A stretch of 64,000 bases of DNA. It comes from Octopus vulgaris. Its lineage: Eukaryota. Below, piece by piece: positions 1 through 11,174 of the stretch. Every line of letters starts with the position of its first letter. Position 1 is the stretch's first letter. Position numbers and translations under genes: made by a program. The notes under the pieces were generated by a model that saw only the letters and a list, made by a program, of their open reading frames with translations, was not told the origin of the DNA and did not search any database. The stretch is taken from contig OX597827.1 in assembly GCA_951406725.2 (NCBI GenBank), positions 31,310,001 through 31,374,000 of the forward strand, in the 5' to 3' direction.

Positions 1-204
1 TAAAAGGTGAATGACTTACTCAAGAAGTGGCTTCATGACTTTGTTTTTGAGAAATTTATCATCATAAAATGGTCGGCAGACTTTAGTTATTTGAATGATG
101 ATTTGGTCCCTGCTGGTTAAAAATTCCAGATACTGCAAGAACAACAGAAAGAAGAAGACAACTTAAAAGATGAAAGCAGAAAAAGGGAGGAAAATTATAA
201 TTTT

Positions 205-388
205 AAATTTTGCCATAAGGGCAACATTTGTGAGAGGGGGTAAGTCATTTACATCGACCCCAGTATTCAACTGGTATTTATTTTATCGACCCTGAAAGGT
301 TGAAAGGCCAATTTGATACTGCTGGCATTTGAACTCAGAATGTAAAGTCAGAAAAAATGGTAATGATTCTTACAGCTTGCTGCCTTAA
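205..388 (-). mobile_element. tRNA-derived SINE, family B (Meta-domain-like core)
   Basis: Reverse complement contains CTGAGTTCAAAT (B box) and CCTTTCA...CTTTCAGGGTCGATAAA...ACCAG; the same sequence recurs more than 10 times in the window. Confidence 0.75.
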
Positions 389-1169
389 AGGGATGAAAAT
401 AATTATTACCAGATGAAATACAAGTAAACAAGAAAACAAGAATCAATGAGGGTGCATTGAAATGGTTACAAGTCCTGCTAAAAACAGCAGCCATTTCTGC
501 CTCAAATCACATCTTATTGATACTTTTTAAAAAAAATTATGTTGGATTGATAGTGCAGTCTTGGATATATCATCCTTGTAAAAAAAAACAGGAATGGTTA
601 TGGGTAGAAATTCTTTGATCATAGGGCTGTTGATGAGGGCAGGCACAGGAGTGGCTGTGTGGTAAGTAACTTGCTTACCAACCACATGGTTCTGGGTTCA
701 GTCCCACTGTGTGGCATCTTGGGCAAGTGTCTTCTACTATAGCCTCAGGCCAACTAAAGCCTTGTGAGTAGATCTGGTAGACAGAAACTGAAAGAAGCCC
801 GTCGTATATCTCTTATTATAAAAGGCAGATTTTATCTGCCACCCTTTGGGAGTTATACAAATCTACAATATAGGATTTCTTCAATTACAATTTACCTAGC
901 ATTTTTAAGAGTACAATGCATCGCGTCATGCCAGGTCCAGTTTTTAAAATTTAAACTCCAATTAAGCAAAATTTACAGAAAACTCACATTCTGGTGTGTG
1001 TGTCAAATGCTTTTCTTAGTCTGGTTTACACCACACGCAAACGCACACACACACAAAGGGAGCGAATTGTTTCACTGACGCTATCACCCTTCTCCTCCTT
1101 TGTCTTTGCAAGTTTGCAGCTATTAAAGTGAAAACAGTGAATCCGACAGCGATAAAGAAAACGAATTGG

Positions 1170-1440
1170 TACCTGAATGGAGTGAAAATTTAAAAACTGT
1201 TTCTTTCGGTGAGTTTTCTGAAGAAACTGGACCAAGCCACAGACTTTCCCAGAAGAGTAAAGCCTTAGACTATTTCTATTTACTTTTTCGAATGAGCCTA
1301 TTTGAAATCATTACGCTAAACGTAAACAAACCGAAAGAAAGGATAGTTTGTTATTTCCCACAACCTTAAATGAAATTAAGGCCTATTTTGCCATAAATAT
1401 TATTATGGGTATCAGAAAGTTACCCAGAATAACAAATTCT
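1170..1440 (+). pseudogene. piggyBac-like transposase N-terminal fragment inside the Helitron
   Basis: Translates FSEETGPSHRLSQKSKALDYFYLLFRMSLFEIITLNVN and, after a frameshift, LNEIKAYFAINIIMGIRKLPRITN. This is the typical DDE_Tnp_1_7 N-terminal pattern. Confidence 0.7.
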
Positions 1441-1668
1441 ATCGTAAAATTTTGTTGTATACCCAATTGAATATTAGCTAATAACCCATTTTCTATAGTG
1501 ATGTTTGAACAAAATTTTAATAATTTTACAGAAAGTTACCCAGAATAACAAATTCTATCGTAAAATTTTGTTGTATACCCAATTGAATATTAGCTAATAA
1601 CCCATTTTCTATAGCGATGTTTGAACAAAATTTTAATAATTTTACAGAAAGTTACCCAGAATAACAAA
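1413..1668 (+). repeat. 116-bp tandem repeat, about 2.2 copies
   Basis: CAGAAAGTTACCCAGAATAACAAA starts at 1413, 1529 and 1645. Confidence 0.9.
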
Positions 1669-2392
1669 CGAGCCCTTCTGGGTGTTAGCGCGCGTCTACG
1701 ATGAGTCTACGATTTAAAAAAAAATTACCATCATATTTTTCCATTTTAATGCATTTTTTTCGCTTTTATATAAGGGAAGTAACTCTCTAAAAATATCTAC
1801 GATGTGTCAACGATTTAAAGAAAAATTTACCTTAATTTTTTTTGAATTTTTAATGCATTTTTTTGCTACTTTTTGGCTATAACTCTCTAAAAATGCTTAT
1901 ATAGTTATTTCTCTTACAACCCGAGCAACGCCGGGCGATACTGCTAGTATGTATATATATATGTGTGTATGTGTGTGCATGTATATATATGTTTGTGTGT
2001 CTGTGTTTCCCCCCTCCCCAACATTGCTTGACAACCAATACTGGTGTGTTTATGTCCCTGCAACCTAGCGGTTCGGCAAAAGAGTCTGATAGAATAAGTA
2101 CTAAGCTTACAAAGAATAAGTCCCGGGGTTGATCTGCTTGACTAAAGGCAGTGCTCCAGCATGGCCACAGTCAAATGACTGAAACAAGTAAAAGAGTATA
2201 AGTGAATCTGTGTAGAATAAAATAAATCTCATTTGAATCAACATCCTACTTTTAAGAAAGGAGATGTAATTCTGGATGAATTATGTTTGGGAGGTAGAAG
2301 CAGAGGGTGAGGAAGGAGAAAGATGGGGTGGTCACAAGTCGAATACATTTGAAAGATAACCTGGAGCTAAAAATAACAAGCTCATCTGTTAA

Positions 2393-2599
2393 CCTTTTTG
2401 TTACCATATTTCTGTTGAGATGCTCTGTGTTTCTTTCAATTGATTTTAAATGTAACAAAGAATTTAGTAAAATAACAAGCTTTCAGGAACATAAATTGTG
2501 ACTAAGATTTGATGAAAGATTTTGATTCAAGACTTATGAAAACAAGACATTTGTACTACAGAACCAGTGGTGGTTTCAGCCAGTGTGGTATCTAAAGGG
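2393..2599. mobile_element. TTAA-flanked MITE (piggyBac-type ends)
   Basis: TTAA|CCTTTTTG...TAAAGGG|TTAA. Confidence 0.65.
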
Positions 2600-2630
2600 T
2601 TAAGAATTGTTTCTCTATTATATATTTTAA

Positions 2631-2838
2631 CCCTTTTGTTACCATATTTCTGTTGAGATGCTCTGTGTTTCTTTCAATTAATTTTAAATATAACAAAGAT
2701 TTTAGTAAAATTCAGCTAGTGTTAGGAACATAAATTGTGACTAGGGTTTGGTGGAGGATTTTAATTCGGGACTTTTGAAAACAAGACATTTGTACTACAG
2801 AGCCAGAGGTGGTTTCAGCCGGGTTAGTATCAAAAGGT
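2631..2838. mobile_element. Second copy of the same TTAA-flanked MITE
   Basis: TTAA|CCCTTTTG...CAAAAGGT|TTAA; near-identical to 2393-2599. Confidence 0.65.
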
Positions 2839-3152
2839 TTAAGTTGTCAATTTTCGTATTTCAGTTTTGACGTCAGATTGTTTGTTTAATGTTTGCCTTT
2901 AAGCAATTTTTTGGCCTTCATTCTTTGTAATTATATAAACTTATAGGTACAGGTGTGGCTTTGTCAGTGAGAAGTTTGCTTCCCATCCACATGATTGTGG
3001 GTTCAGTTCCATTGCGTGTAACCTTGGGCAACTGTCTTCGACTACAGGCTTGGGGTAAAAGTGCCTCATAAATGGATTTGGGAGACAGAAATTGAAAATC
3101 TTATATGGAACCCCAAGGGTCATGTGACCCTGGTTGAGAGCTACTGATCTAA

Positions 3153-3380
3153 TCTCATCATCATCATCATCATTTAACATCTGTTGTCCATGCTGGCATG
3201 GGTTGGATGGATAGACCAGGGCTGGTGAGCTGAGGGGCTGCACCAGACACCAGTCTATTTTGGCATGGTTTTCTATAGCTGGATGCCCTTTCTAATGCGA
3301 ACCACTCCGAGAGTATAATGGGTGCTTTTACATGCCACTGCTACAGGTACCAGTTACACGACACCAGTATTTGCCATGAA
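3153..3380 (-). mobile_element. RTE-LINE 3' tail or RTE-tail SINE
   Basis: (CAT)n TTTAACATC...CATGCTGGCATGGGTTGG...GCTGGATGCCCTT; same as the tail of RTE copy 34303-35297. Confidence 0.7.
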
Positions 3381-4589
3381 ACTGCCCCATCTCATCAGTG
3401 GGTCCTCCTCCTCAACCCACTCCATTATCATTATCACTTTGACCTCTCTTATCTCTCCTTCACACATCCATTGGACATTACTCTTTCCTTCATCTCTGTC
3501 TCTACTCCCATCCAACACACTTCCTTCTATTACTCTCTCCTCTCCATTACGATATTCTTACAGTAAATCTGTTCTTTTTCCTCTCAAGGTGTTCTATTTT
3601 GCTTTGCAAGCTACAAAGTGACTCCCAAAAGTGGTGGTACCACAAAAAAGTACCCTATACAGTCTAAGTGTTTGATAATCAATTTAAACAGTAACAACAT
3701 TGGGCTTGCTGATGGCAAGGCAACCTTTGTAGTGCTGGTGCTAGGAGAAAAGCACCCAGTACACTCTATAAAGGAATTGATGTTAGAAAGGGCTTCCTTC
3801 TGTAGAAACCGGGCCAAAAATGTAAAACTTTGAAGGAAGACATGGTTCTCCAACCCATGATACCAGCGTAGCCATGTCATCATGGAAATCAGACATAAAA
3901 CGGAATGGTGATGACAACGATGGTGATGATAATGAAATCAGTGGTGTTGATGATAGCGATGATGATGGTGATGATGATGACATGGTATTGGTGATGATGA
4001 CATTGAAAACAATGACGTTATCGATGATGATGATGATGATGATGGTAATGACGATGATGATGAAGATGATGATTTAATCAATTTAAGCTACCATGTGAAG
4101 TCTGACATGAAAGCTATGACAGACTAAAAAAAAACATCTAATGCCACTTATACATAGAAGAAATAAAGAAAAAAAAACAAAAAATAAAAAAAATAACTAA
4201 AGAATCTTTTAGTAACCTCCAAGACTTGGAAGATTTTATTTATGGTCAGTGAATCCTTGAGAATGAATTATTCCTCCTTCAGCTTTGGTAACCATTTGAA
4301 GACCAATTTCAAAATGTCATCTCTCAGATTGATAGCTTTTGCATTGGAGTAAATTATATCATAAAGTTCTTGGATGGTCTCTCCAAAAACATAAAAGTCA
4401 TTCCATAAAAACTTGTTCGTGATGGCAAACAGTTTGAAGGAATATGGTCCATTTGTGGCCAACAGAATCTCCATTTATTAACATTGTCCAATATCTGACA
4501 TGTTTTATACTTTGCTAAATCAAGTTGAGGTATTGGGGGATTAAAGTTTAATAGATTAGTTGTTCGTATAATCCAATATTTTTTTCTGC

Positions 4590-4758
4590 CCATCATTATA
4601 ATCATGATAATCATCATCATCATCCTCATCATCATTGTTTTCATCACCATCATCATTATCATCTTCATCATTGTTATCATCATCATCGTCGTCGTCATCG
4701 TCACCACCACCATCATCACCATCATCACCATCACCATCACCATCACCCTCATCCTCAT

Positions 4759-4799
<41 letters not shown>

Positions 4800-4975
4800 G
4801 CATCATTGTCATCATCAACATCATCATCATTGTCGGCTTCATTATCTTTGTCATTATCATCATCATTATAATCATCCTCGTCATCACTGTCATCATCATT
4901 ATCATCATTGTCATCATCACCATCATTATAATCATCCTCCTCATCATCATCACCATCATCACCGTCATTATCATT
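4590..4975. repeat. (CAT)n/(CAC)n/(CAG)n compound microsatellite
   Basis: Seen directly. Confidence 0.9.
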
Positions 4976-4984
4976 TTAAGGCCT

Positions 4985-5200
4985 ACTTTTCCATGCTTGT
5001 ATAAGTCAGATGAAATTCACCGAGGCAGGTTTCCTGTGGCCAGGTGCCCTTCCTGTCACCAGCCCTCACCTGTTCCCAAGCAAGGTTAATATTTCCTTCA
5101 GGGTCACCAGACATGTTGTTCACAGAAGACTGGAAGTGAACATCATTGCTTGTAGGATGCAGATACACATTTACAATCGTCATGTGATGCTGAGGTGAGT
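4985..5200 (-). mobile_element. SINE family D (ends in an RTE-like tail)
   Basis: Homologous to 6700-6925, 28740-29160, 47560-47750 and 51950-52190. Confidence 0.6.
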
Positions 5201-5510
5201 GTGCATGCACACACACATACATACACACAAACACATACACACACACACATACAAATACATGCATACACACACTCAAACATTCTGTATATAGGTGAAGGCA
5301 TGTCTATGTAGTTAACAAGCTTGTTTCCCAACGATGTGGCTCTGGGTTCAGTCCCCTGCATGGCATCTTGGGCGAGCATCTTTTACTATAACCCTGGGCC
5401 AACCAAAGCTGTGTCAATGGATACAGAAGATGAAAACTGAAAGATCTGGTAAACATATATGGTTGACTGGGTCAGATAGAATTGGTTGAAGCAGATTTTA
5501 TATTTTATAT

Positions 5511-6153
5511 ACGAGGGTGAGCTGAATAAATTGTCTAAATCACGCAAAAATGAAAATAACACTGACATCTCATTTTAACAGATATATTTACCAAAATTAC
5601 ATAAAAATATCTTGAAATACTAAAGAGTAATTTTATTCAATAAAATCACTATTGGCTTCAACCACAGCTTCCAGATGACTTTGGAATCTTCTGCAACTCT
5701 TCTGGACAGGCTCCTTGTTTAAGTTGGTGAATGCTGCCATAATCCTTGCCTTCAGTTCATCTTTGATATAACAAGGAGTCTTTTTTTGTCTCTCACTCAA
5801 CTGTGCCCCACACATAATAATCAAGGGGGTTGCTGTCTGGGGAGTTAGGTGGCCAAATGTTAGGGGTGATGTGGTTATCACTCTCAGTACATGTTTTGGG
5901 GAGATGGCAAGTCTACAGGTGTTCTGTGCGTTCACTATCTGTTTGTATTGCAGCTTCCAGTAAGAATGCCAAGCTGTACAGCATGTAATTTCTAAATTTA
6001 TGGCAAAGTGAATTGTGTCATGGTGCTGTTTTTTTTACAGACGGTGCCCATCTGACCCTACCGTACTGTGTAGTTGACAAAATCAAAAACAAATAATGCA
6101 CATGTGCGAAATTAAAAGAATAAAATGGCAATATTTTACCAACTGCAACCTGT
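5511..6153 (-). mobile_element. Tc1/mariner-superfamily deletion derivative (maT/DD37D-like C-terminus)
   Basis: Minus strand reads ITPNIWPPNSPDSNPLDYYVWGTVE, then a frameshift, then DELKARIMAAFTNLNKEPVQKSCRRFQSHLEAVVEANSDFIE*. The outer end reads TA|CAGG. Confidence 0.7.
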
Positions 6154-6198
6154 ATCTATATATATATATATATATATATATTATATTACATATATATA

Positions 6199-6625
6199 AG
6201 TGGGATGACCACTAAGTGGACATCCATTTGCTAGAAGTCAATCCCCTATGGTCTTACCACTAAGAAAGGAATGATCTCAACAAAATTTAGCAAACGCCAG
6301 AATGTAAGCAAGCAAGACAAATGAAAAGATACAAAATATACAGATTAATCACAAACCAGTTTCGTTGCTACCACTTACGTAATCACTTACGTAGAATGTC
6401 CGCAACTCATCAGTGTGATCGTCATAGCAAAATATAATATGCAGAACTATACACAGAACGTTCGCATGAGATTGAACATGTATATAGTTCTACCAATTAC
6501 ATTTGGGGTTATATTTCAAAAGTCTTCGTTTTGGCATGCCAAAATACCGGAAATAATTCTGCAGAAAATAATTCCCTGCAGTGAATTTTGCTGGTTAGAG
6601 AACATAGTTATTTAAATTTAAATTT
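6199..6625 (-). mobile_element. Hammerhead-bearing element in (TA)n, probably a solo Penelope-like pseudo-LTR
   Basis: (TA)n on both sides; contains the hammerhead at 6347-6420. Confidence 0.55.
6347..6420 (-). ncRNA. Type I hammerhead ribozyme motif
   Basis: Minus strand GATCACA-CTGATGA-GTTGC-(33 nt loop)-GCAAC-GAA-ACTGGT-T-TGTGATT: intact core, paired helices I and II, short near-palindromic helix III, GUU cleavage triplet. Confidence 0.85.
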
Positions 6626-6662
<37 letters not shown>

Positions 6663-7399
6663 TTATACACACATACATGTATGCATGCATGTGTATATGC
6701 GTGTGTGCTTGTATGTCTTCTTGTCTTGACATCACAGCATGGTTGTAAATGAGCATCACTGTCATACAAGTGGTGTCTGTGGAAAACAATGTCCAACTAT
6801 GAGTACATATAACCCTGCATGGAAACTAGTGAAGGTAAGAGACAGGAAGGACATCCAGCTGTAGAAAATCAACCACAACAAATTCCACCTGACACATGCA
6901 AGTAGACACTAAGATGATGATGATGTGGGCGTTATACAAGCCGAATCAATCACAGGTGTAACCTATTTTAATTTATCAGGCACATGCTTATCAGTGACTA
7001 ATGATCACCATATTTAATAAATACAGACAACTGACAAAGATCTCATTGAATGACAACAAAGCAAAACCACTTATGTTGCAATATAATAGAGAGGTGGTGA
7101 AAAGAGGTGTACAGTTGCATAATACAAGTGGAATGTTCTTTTCATTTCTCTATTTCCTTTTCAGGGTAAGAATTATATGATTTTGTTTTTGTATTTGGCT
7201 TGGAAGATCCTTGATGTGAATTTATGCGTTGAAACAAATTTTGTTGTGCCCTGGGCGCTTTATTATGCCAATAATGACACACACACACAGATTCAATTTC
7301 ATTTTTATTAGTCAGTTGGTTAAATAGCTGACAATACTGTCTACACTAAAGGGATTATTCCTAATTTCAGGTATTTATTATCTGGCTAGAAATTTGACC

Positions 7400-7740
7400 A
7401 ACAATGAATGAAAGTGGATCATGAAACAGAAAGTGGAAAACAGAAAATGCAGAAATGGCTAGACAGAAATGGACAGAAGAATTTCAAAGATCAGCTCTAT
7501 CAAGATTAACAGTTTACATAATATGTTACAAATCTGAGTAGCCTGGGTCAATCTGCAATGCACACAAAAGTGGTCGACCGGTCAATGTTACCACTGAAGA
7601 CAATGAAATGCTTGTGACTCAAAGATTGACTCCAAGTCCCCAAGGAATCAAAAAAGAAGGCTTCCAATGAACTGGACATCTCAAGCAAATCCCTTAATCG
7701 ACTTATCCAAAGAAAGAAATGAAAAGAACATTCCACTCAT
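7400..7740 (+). pseudogene. Degraded Tc1/mariner-superfamily transposase N-terminus (DUF4817-type HTH)
   Basis: Reads WTEEFQRSALSRLTVY...GSICNAHKSGRPVNVTTEDNEMLV and, in another frame, SPKESKKKASNELDISSKSL. Confidence 0.55.
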
Positions 7741-7839
7741 ATTAAGCAAATGCATACCAACTTTTTCCCATCATCGTCATCGTTGTCGCTACTACCACCA
7801 CTTACATTTGGGTGGAACACAATGCTTCTAGAACTCAGT

Positions 7840-8775
7840 TTCACTGACATGGGTGGGTCTTCACTAGAACCTCATACTGCCAGACATCTTGGGCCATTGA
7901 CATTTCCTTTGTGAGCCCCAACATCCAGAGATTGGTCCTCACCACTTCATCCCAGTCTTCCCAGGTCTCCTTCTCCCACAGAAGTGACCACCACTTCTTT
8001 ATACAGCTGTCTTCATTCATACAGATTACATGTCCAAACCACCATGCACATTTGCTCTTTGTGCCTTCATTTCTCTGTAGTCTATACATGTCCTCTGCAT
8101 TCAGAGCTCATGTCTTATTACCATGGAGTATAGCTGTTCATACACAAGCTTCATACAATCTACCTTTCACTCTGAGAGAGAGAGAGAGAGTCCATTTGTT
8201 GCCAGCACAGGTAGTAACTCTCTGAACTTTCTCCATCCTATTTGTATTATAGAAACAATACTTTCAGAGCATCCACCCCATTGCTAATTTGATCACCTAG
8301 GTAACAGAAACTTTCTACTACCCCAAGAGAGCTTCCTGGACATTTGAGAGAGTCAAAGTCCCATGTGCTCTTAGTATTTATTGTACCTGCGCATCTGCCA
8401 CACACAAAGGTGACCTTACCTGTTAATCTACCTGTGATTCCATTGCATCTCTTATGTGTCACTCCTTTCCTACAAATTGAGCAGGGCCATTTACCTGACA
8501 GAATTAGAGTCTTATCTGCTTTCTTGATAATAGCAACTTTAGTCTTAACTAGGTTAACTTTAAGGCTCTTTGATTCCAGGTTTTGCTTCCATACCTGGAA
8601 TTTCTTCTCCAATTCTGCTACGGATTCTGCAATAAGAGCAAGGTCATCAGCATATAGTAATTCTGATGGACTTCCAGTTTTGAATTCCTCTGTTATGGCC
8701 TGGAGTAATATGATGAATAGGAGCGGATTAAGGAAAGAGCTCTGATGAACCCCTATTTGTACACTAAATTCATCA
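7840..8775 (-). mobile_element. RTE-clade LINE fragment (reverse transcriptase C-terminal half)
   Basis: GVHQSSFLNPLLF, LLYADDLALIAES, Cys/His insert WPCSICRKGV..HKRC..FVCGRC, FCYLGDQI, and WFGHV..M.EDSCIKK; frameshifted. Confidence 0.9.
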
Positions 8776-8829
8776 CACACACACTCACAAATGCATGTGT
8801 ATATATGTCAAAGATGACATTAGACTTTG

Positions 8830-9405
8830 AGACTATAACCTCGTGGCCTATGCCAGGAGTGTAACCATCTCACTTATGCATACCTTTCCTTCATTGGACA
8901 CTAAACTCTGCTTGCGAAGACCTGTTGAGGCAAGTGAAATCGAAATCAAATTCGATGACTGGCATCTGTGCTAGTGGAGCGCTAAGAGTGCCATATGAGC
9001 GTGTTCGTTGCCAGAGCAACAAGCTGGCCCCCATGCTGGTGGCAAGTAAAAAACACCATTCAAGTGTGATCATTACCTGCATTGCCTTACTGGCACTTGT
9101 GCTGGTGGCACGTGAAAAAACATTCGAGCAAGGTTGAGACTGGATCCTGTGCACGTGGCACATAAAAAGCACCATTTGAGCATAGCCGTTGCCAGTATTG
9201 CCTGACTGGCCCTCGTGCAGGTGGCATGTAAAAGCACCCACTACACTCTTAAAATGGTTGGCATTAGGAAGGGCATCCAGCTGTAGAAACTCTGCCAGAT
9301 CAGATTGGAGCCTGGTGCAGCCATCTGGTTTGCCAGTCCTCAGTCAAATCGTCCAACCCATGCTAGTATGGAAAGCAGATGTTAAACGATGATGAGGATG
9401 ATGAT
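8830..9405 (+). mobile_element. RTE-LINE 3' UTR with internal minisatellite
   Basis: Matches 34820-35297; ends GTTAAACGATGATG. Confidence 0.8.
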
Positions 9406-9909
9406 ATATATAAAATTAAATGCACAGCCAAAAGAGATACTAATAGTTTCATGCTATTGATACATATATGTGCATATATACATGCATAAATATATATATA
9501 GTACATATACACACATACATACATATTTACATCGTCAGCCAATGAAAAGAGAACAAAAAAAAAAGACAAGAGAAAAACAAGCAACAACAGAGAATGTTGT
9601 TTCCAGAAAGGATGTTATATTCATTTCCTGGGGAGAGGAAATATTGGTCAACCAATACTGGCGTTAGATTATTCAGACAGACAGAAAACTAATTTCCTCT
9701 CAACAAATGATTGGTTTCGGCTTTTCCAGTCACATGACAGTATTCAAAGCTTCCCAAATTTGTTGTTGTTATTGTACAGGAAAGTGGAACCATTTATAGA
9801 GAATGTCTGACTTTCATTTCATAGAGATTCTATGGTGTCACATGCTGGAATAATATAAACATATTTAACATTTCTGCACTGTTTTTGTTTGCATTTTTGC
9901 CTCATTTGA

Positions 9910-10385
9910 AGCAAGTGATTGTGTGGTATGAAGTCTGCTTTTCAACTAAATGGTTCTGGGTTCAGTCCCACTGCATTGATACCTTGGGCAAGTGTCTCTA
10001 CTATATACTTAGGTCGACATAAGCCCTGTGAGTGGATTAAGTAGACAGAAACTAAAAGAAACCCATTGTGTGTGTATGCAAGTGTATATGTGTGTTTGTG
10101 TGTGTTTATGTGTATATGTGCGTGTGTGAGTGTGTGTGTGTTGTATGTGTGTGTGTGTGTGTGTATACCTTTGTGTTTATGTATGTCTCTCACCACTGCT
10201 TGACAACTGATGTTAATGTATTTATGTCCCCATAACTTAGCAGTTTGGCAAAGGAGACCAATAGAATAAGGAGCAGGCTTCCAAAAGAATAAGTACTGGG
10301 GTCGATTCATTCAGCTAAAAAATTTTCAAGGCATTGCTCCAGCATGGCCATAGTCTAATGACTGAAAAAAGTAGAAGAGAAAAGA
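9910..10385 (+). mobile_element. SINE family A
   Basis: Homologous to 33848-34265. Confidence 0.75.
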
Positions 10386-10894
10386 TGAAGTCCACTGAAA
10401 TATTTTTTCCTCAGTGAGCTGCAGGCACTCCCTTGTCATTCTTCACCAACTGACTGCAACAAACGAAAGGAAATAGTTGTGGGACCTTACCTTGCTGACA
10501 TGGATTGGGTCTAAACTGTCCAATATTTCCAGAAAAAAGGTCAGGGTAAATTGCTTCAGTTTGAAGATGTAGATATAGGTGAGAACTGAAAAGAAAGAGA
10601 GAAATATTGGTAGATATTTGAAAGAGATGCTGATGGGAGGGTGAAGAGATGCTGATAAAGAAAAGAGAGGATGATCTATTGATGTAAGATATTGGGGAAA
10701 GTCTGCCAAAATAACTAAAGAAAAAAAAAAATGAAAGATGTAAGTGAAAAGTAAAAGAAACAGGTGTGATGTAAGTGTGTGTGCATGGTTGAAAAAAAAA
10801 TGGTGGCCAAAATACTGGAGAGTCCAGGCATACATGAGAACCAGTAGAAAATAGATGTAGATGTTGGCTGAAATTGGAAAGAAAAATCACATTA

Positions 10895-11025
10895 TACATA
10901 CATATATATGTATGTATGTATGTATGCATGCATGCCTGCATGCATGCATGCATGCATGCATGTATGTATGTATGTATGTATGTATGTATGTATGTATGTA
11001 TGTATGTATGTATGTATGTATGTAT
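10895..11025. repeat. (TATG)n/(CATG)n microsatellite
   Basis: Seen directly. Confidence 0.95.
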
Positions 11026-11174
11026 CAAAATAAGCAACAAGGATATCCAGAATTATGCAATACGATTGTTTCATGCGACTCCATTTAATTCAACAATGCA
11101 ATCATTACATCAATTTAAAATGTAGAGCAATCTTCAGCTGCACAAAGACATAGAATTCAATTAAATTAGAACAG

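Larger units (their letters stand above)
809..1947 (+). mobile_element. Non-autonomous Helitron
   Basis: 5' TC after A (808); 3' CTAG (1944-1947) before T; subterminal hairpin CCCGAGCAACGCCGGG (1920-1935); no TSD. The first ~245 bp are nearly identical to the 5' end of the Helitron at 22449-25487(-). Confidence 0.9.
640..2196 (+). mobile_element. tRNA-derived SINE, family A, split by the Helitron at 809-1947
   Basis: Head GGAGTGGCTGTGTGGTAAG...GGTTCAGTCCCAC at 640-808; the body resumes at 1948 and ends ...GACTGAAACAAGTAAAAGAG, matching intact copies such as 33848-34265. Confidence 0.85.

Noticed and set aside
4354-5089. Long poly-Met/Ile/Ser ORFs (also 29983-30579, 32019-32388, 49749-50809, 60875-61249)
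   Set aside because: These are translations of (CAT)n, (ATT)n or (GAT)n microsatellites, open in several frames with no domain content.
10400-10740. Possible L1/Tx1-type LINE relic (also 18440-18600 and 53390-53720)
   Set aside because: Only a vague peptide resemblance with no diagnostic motif readable.
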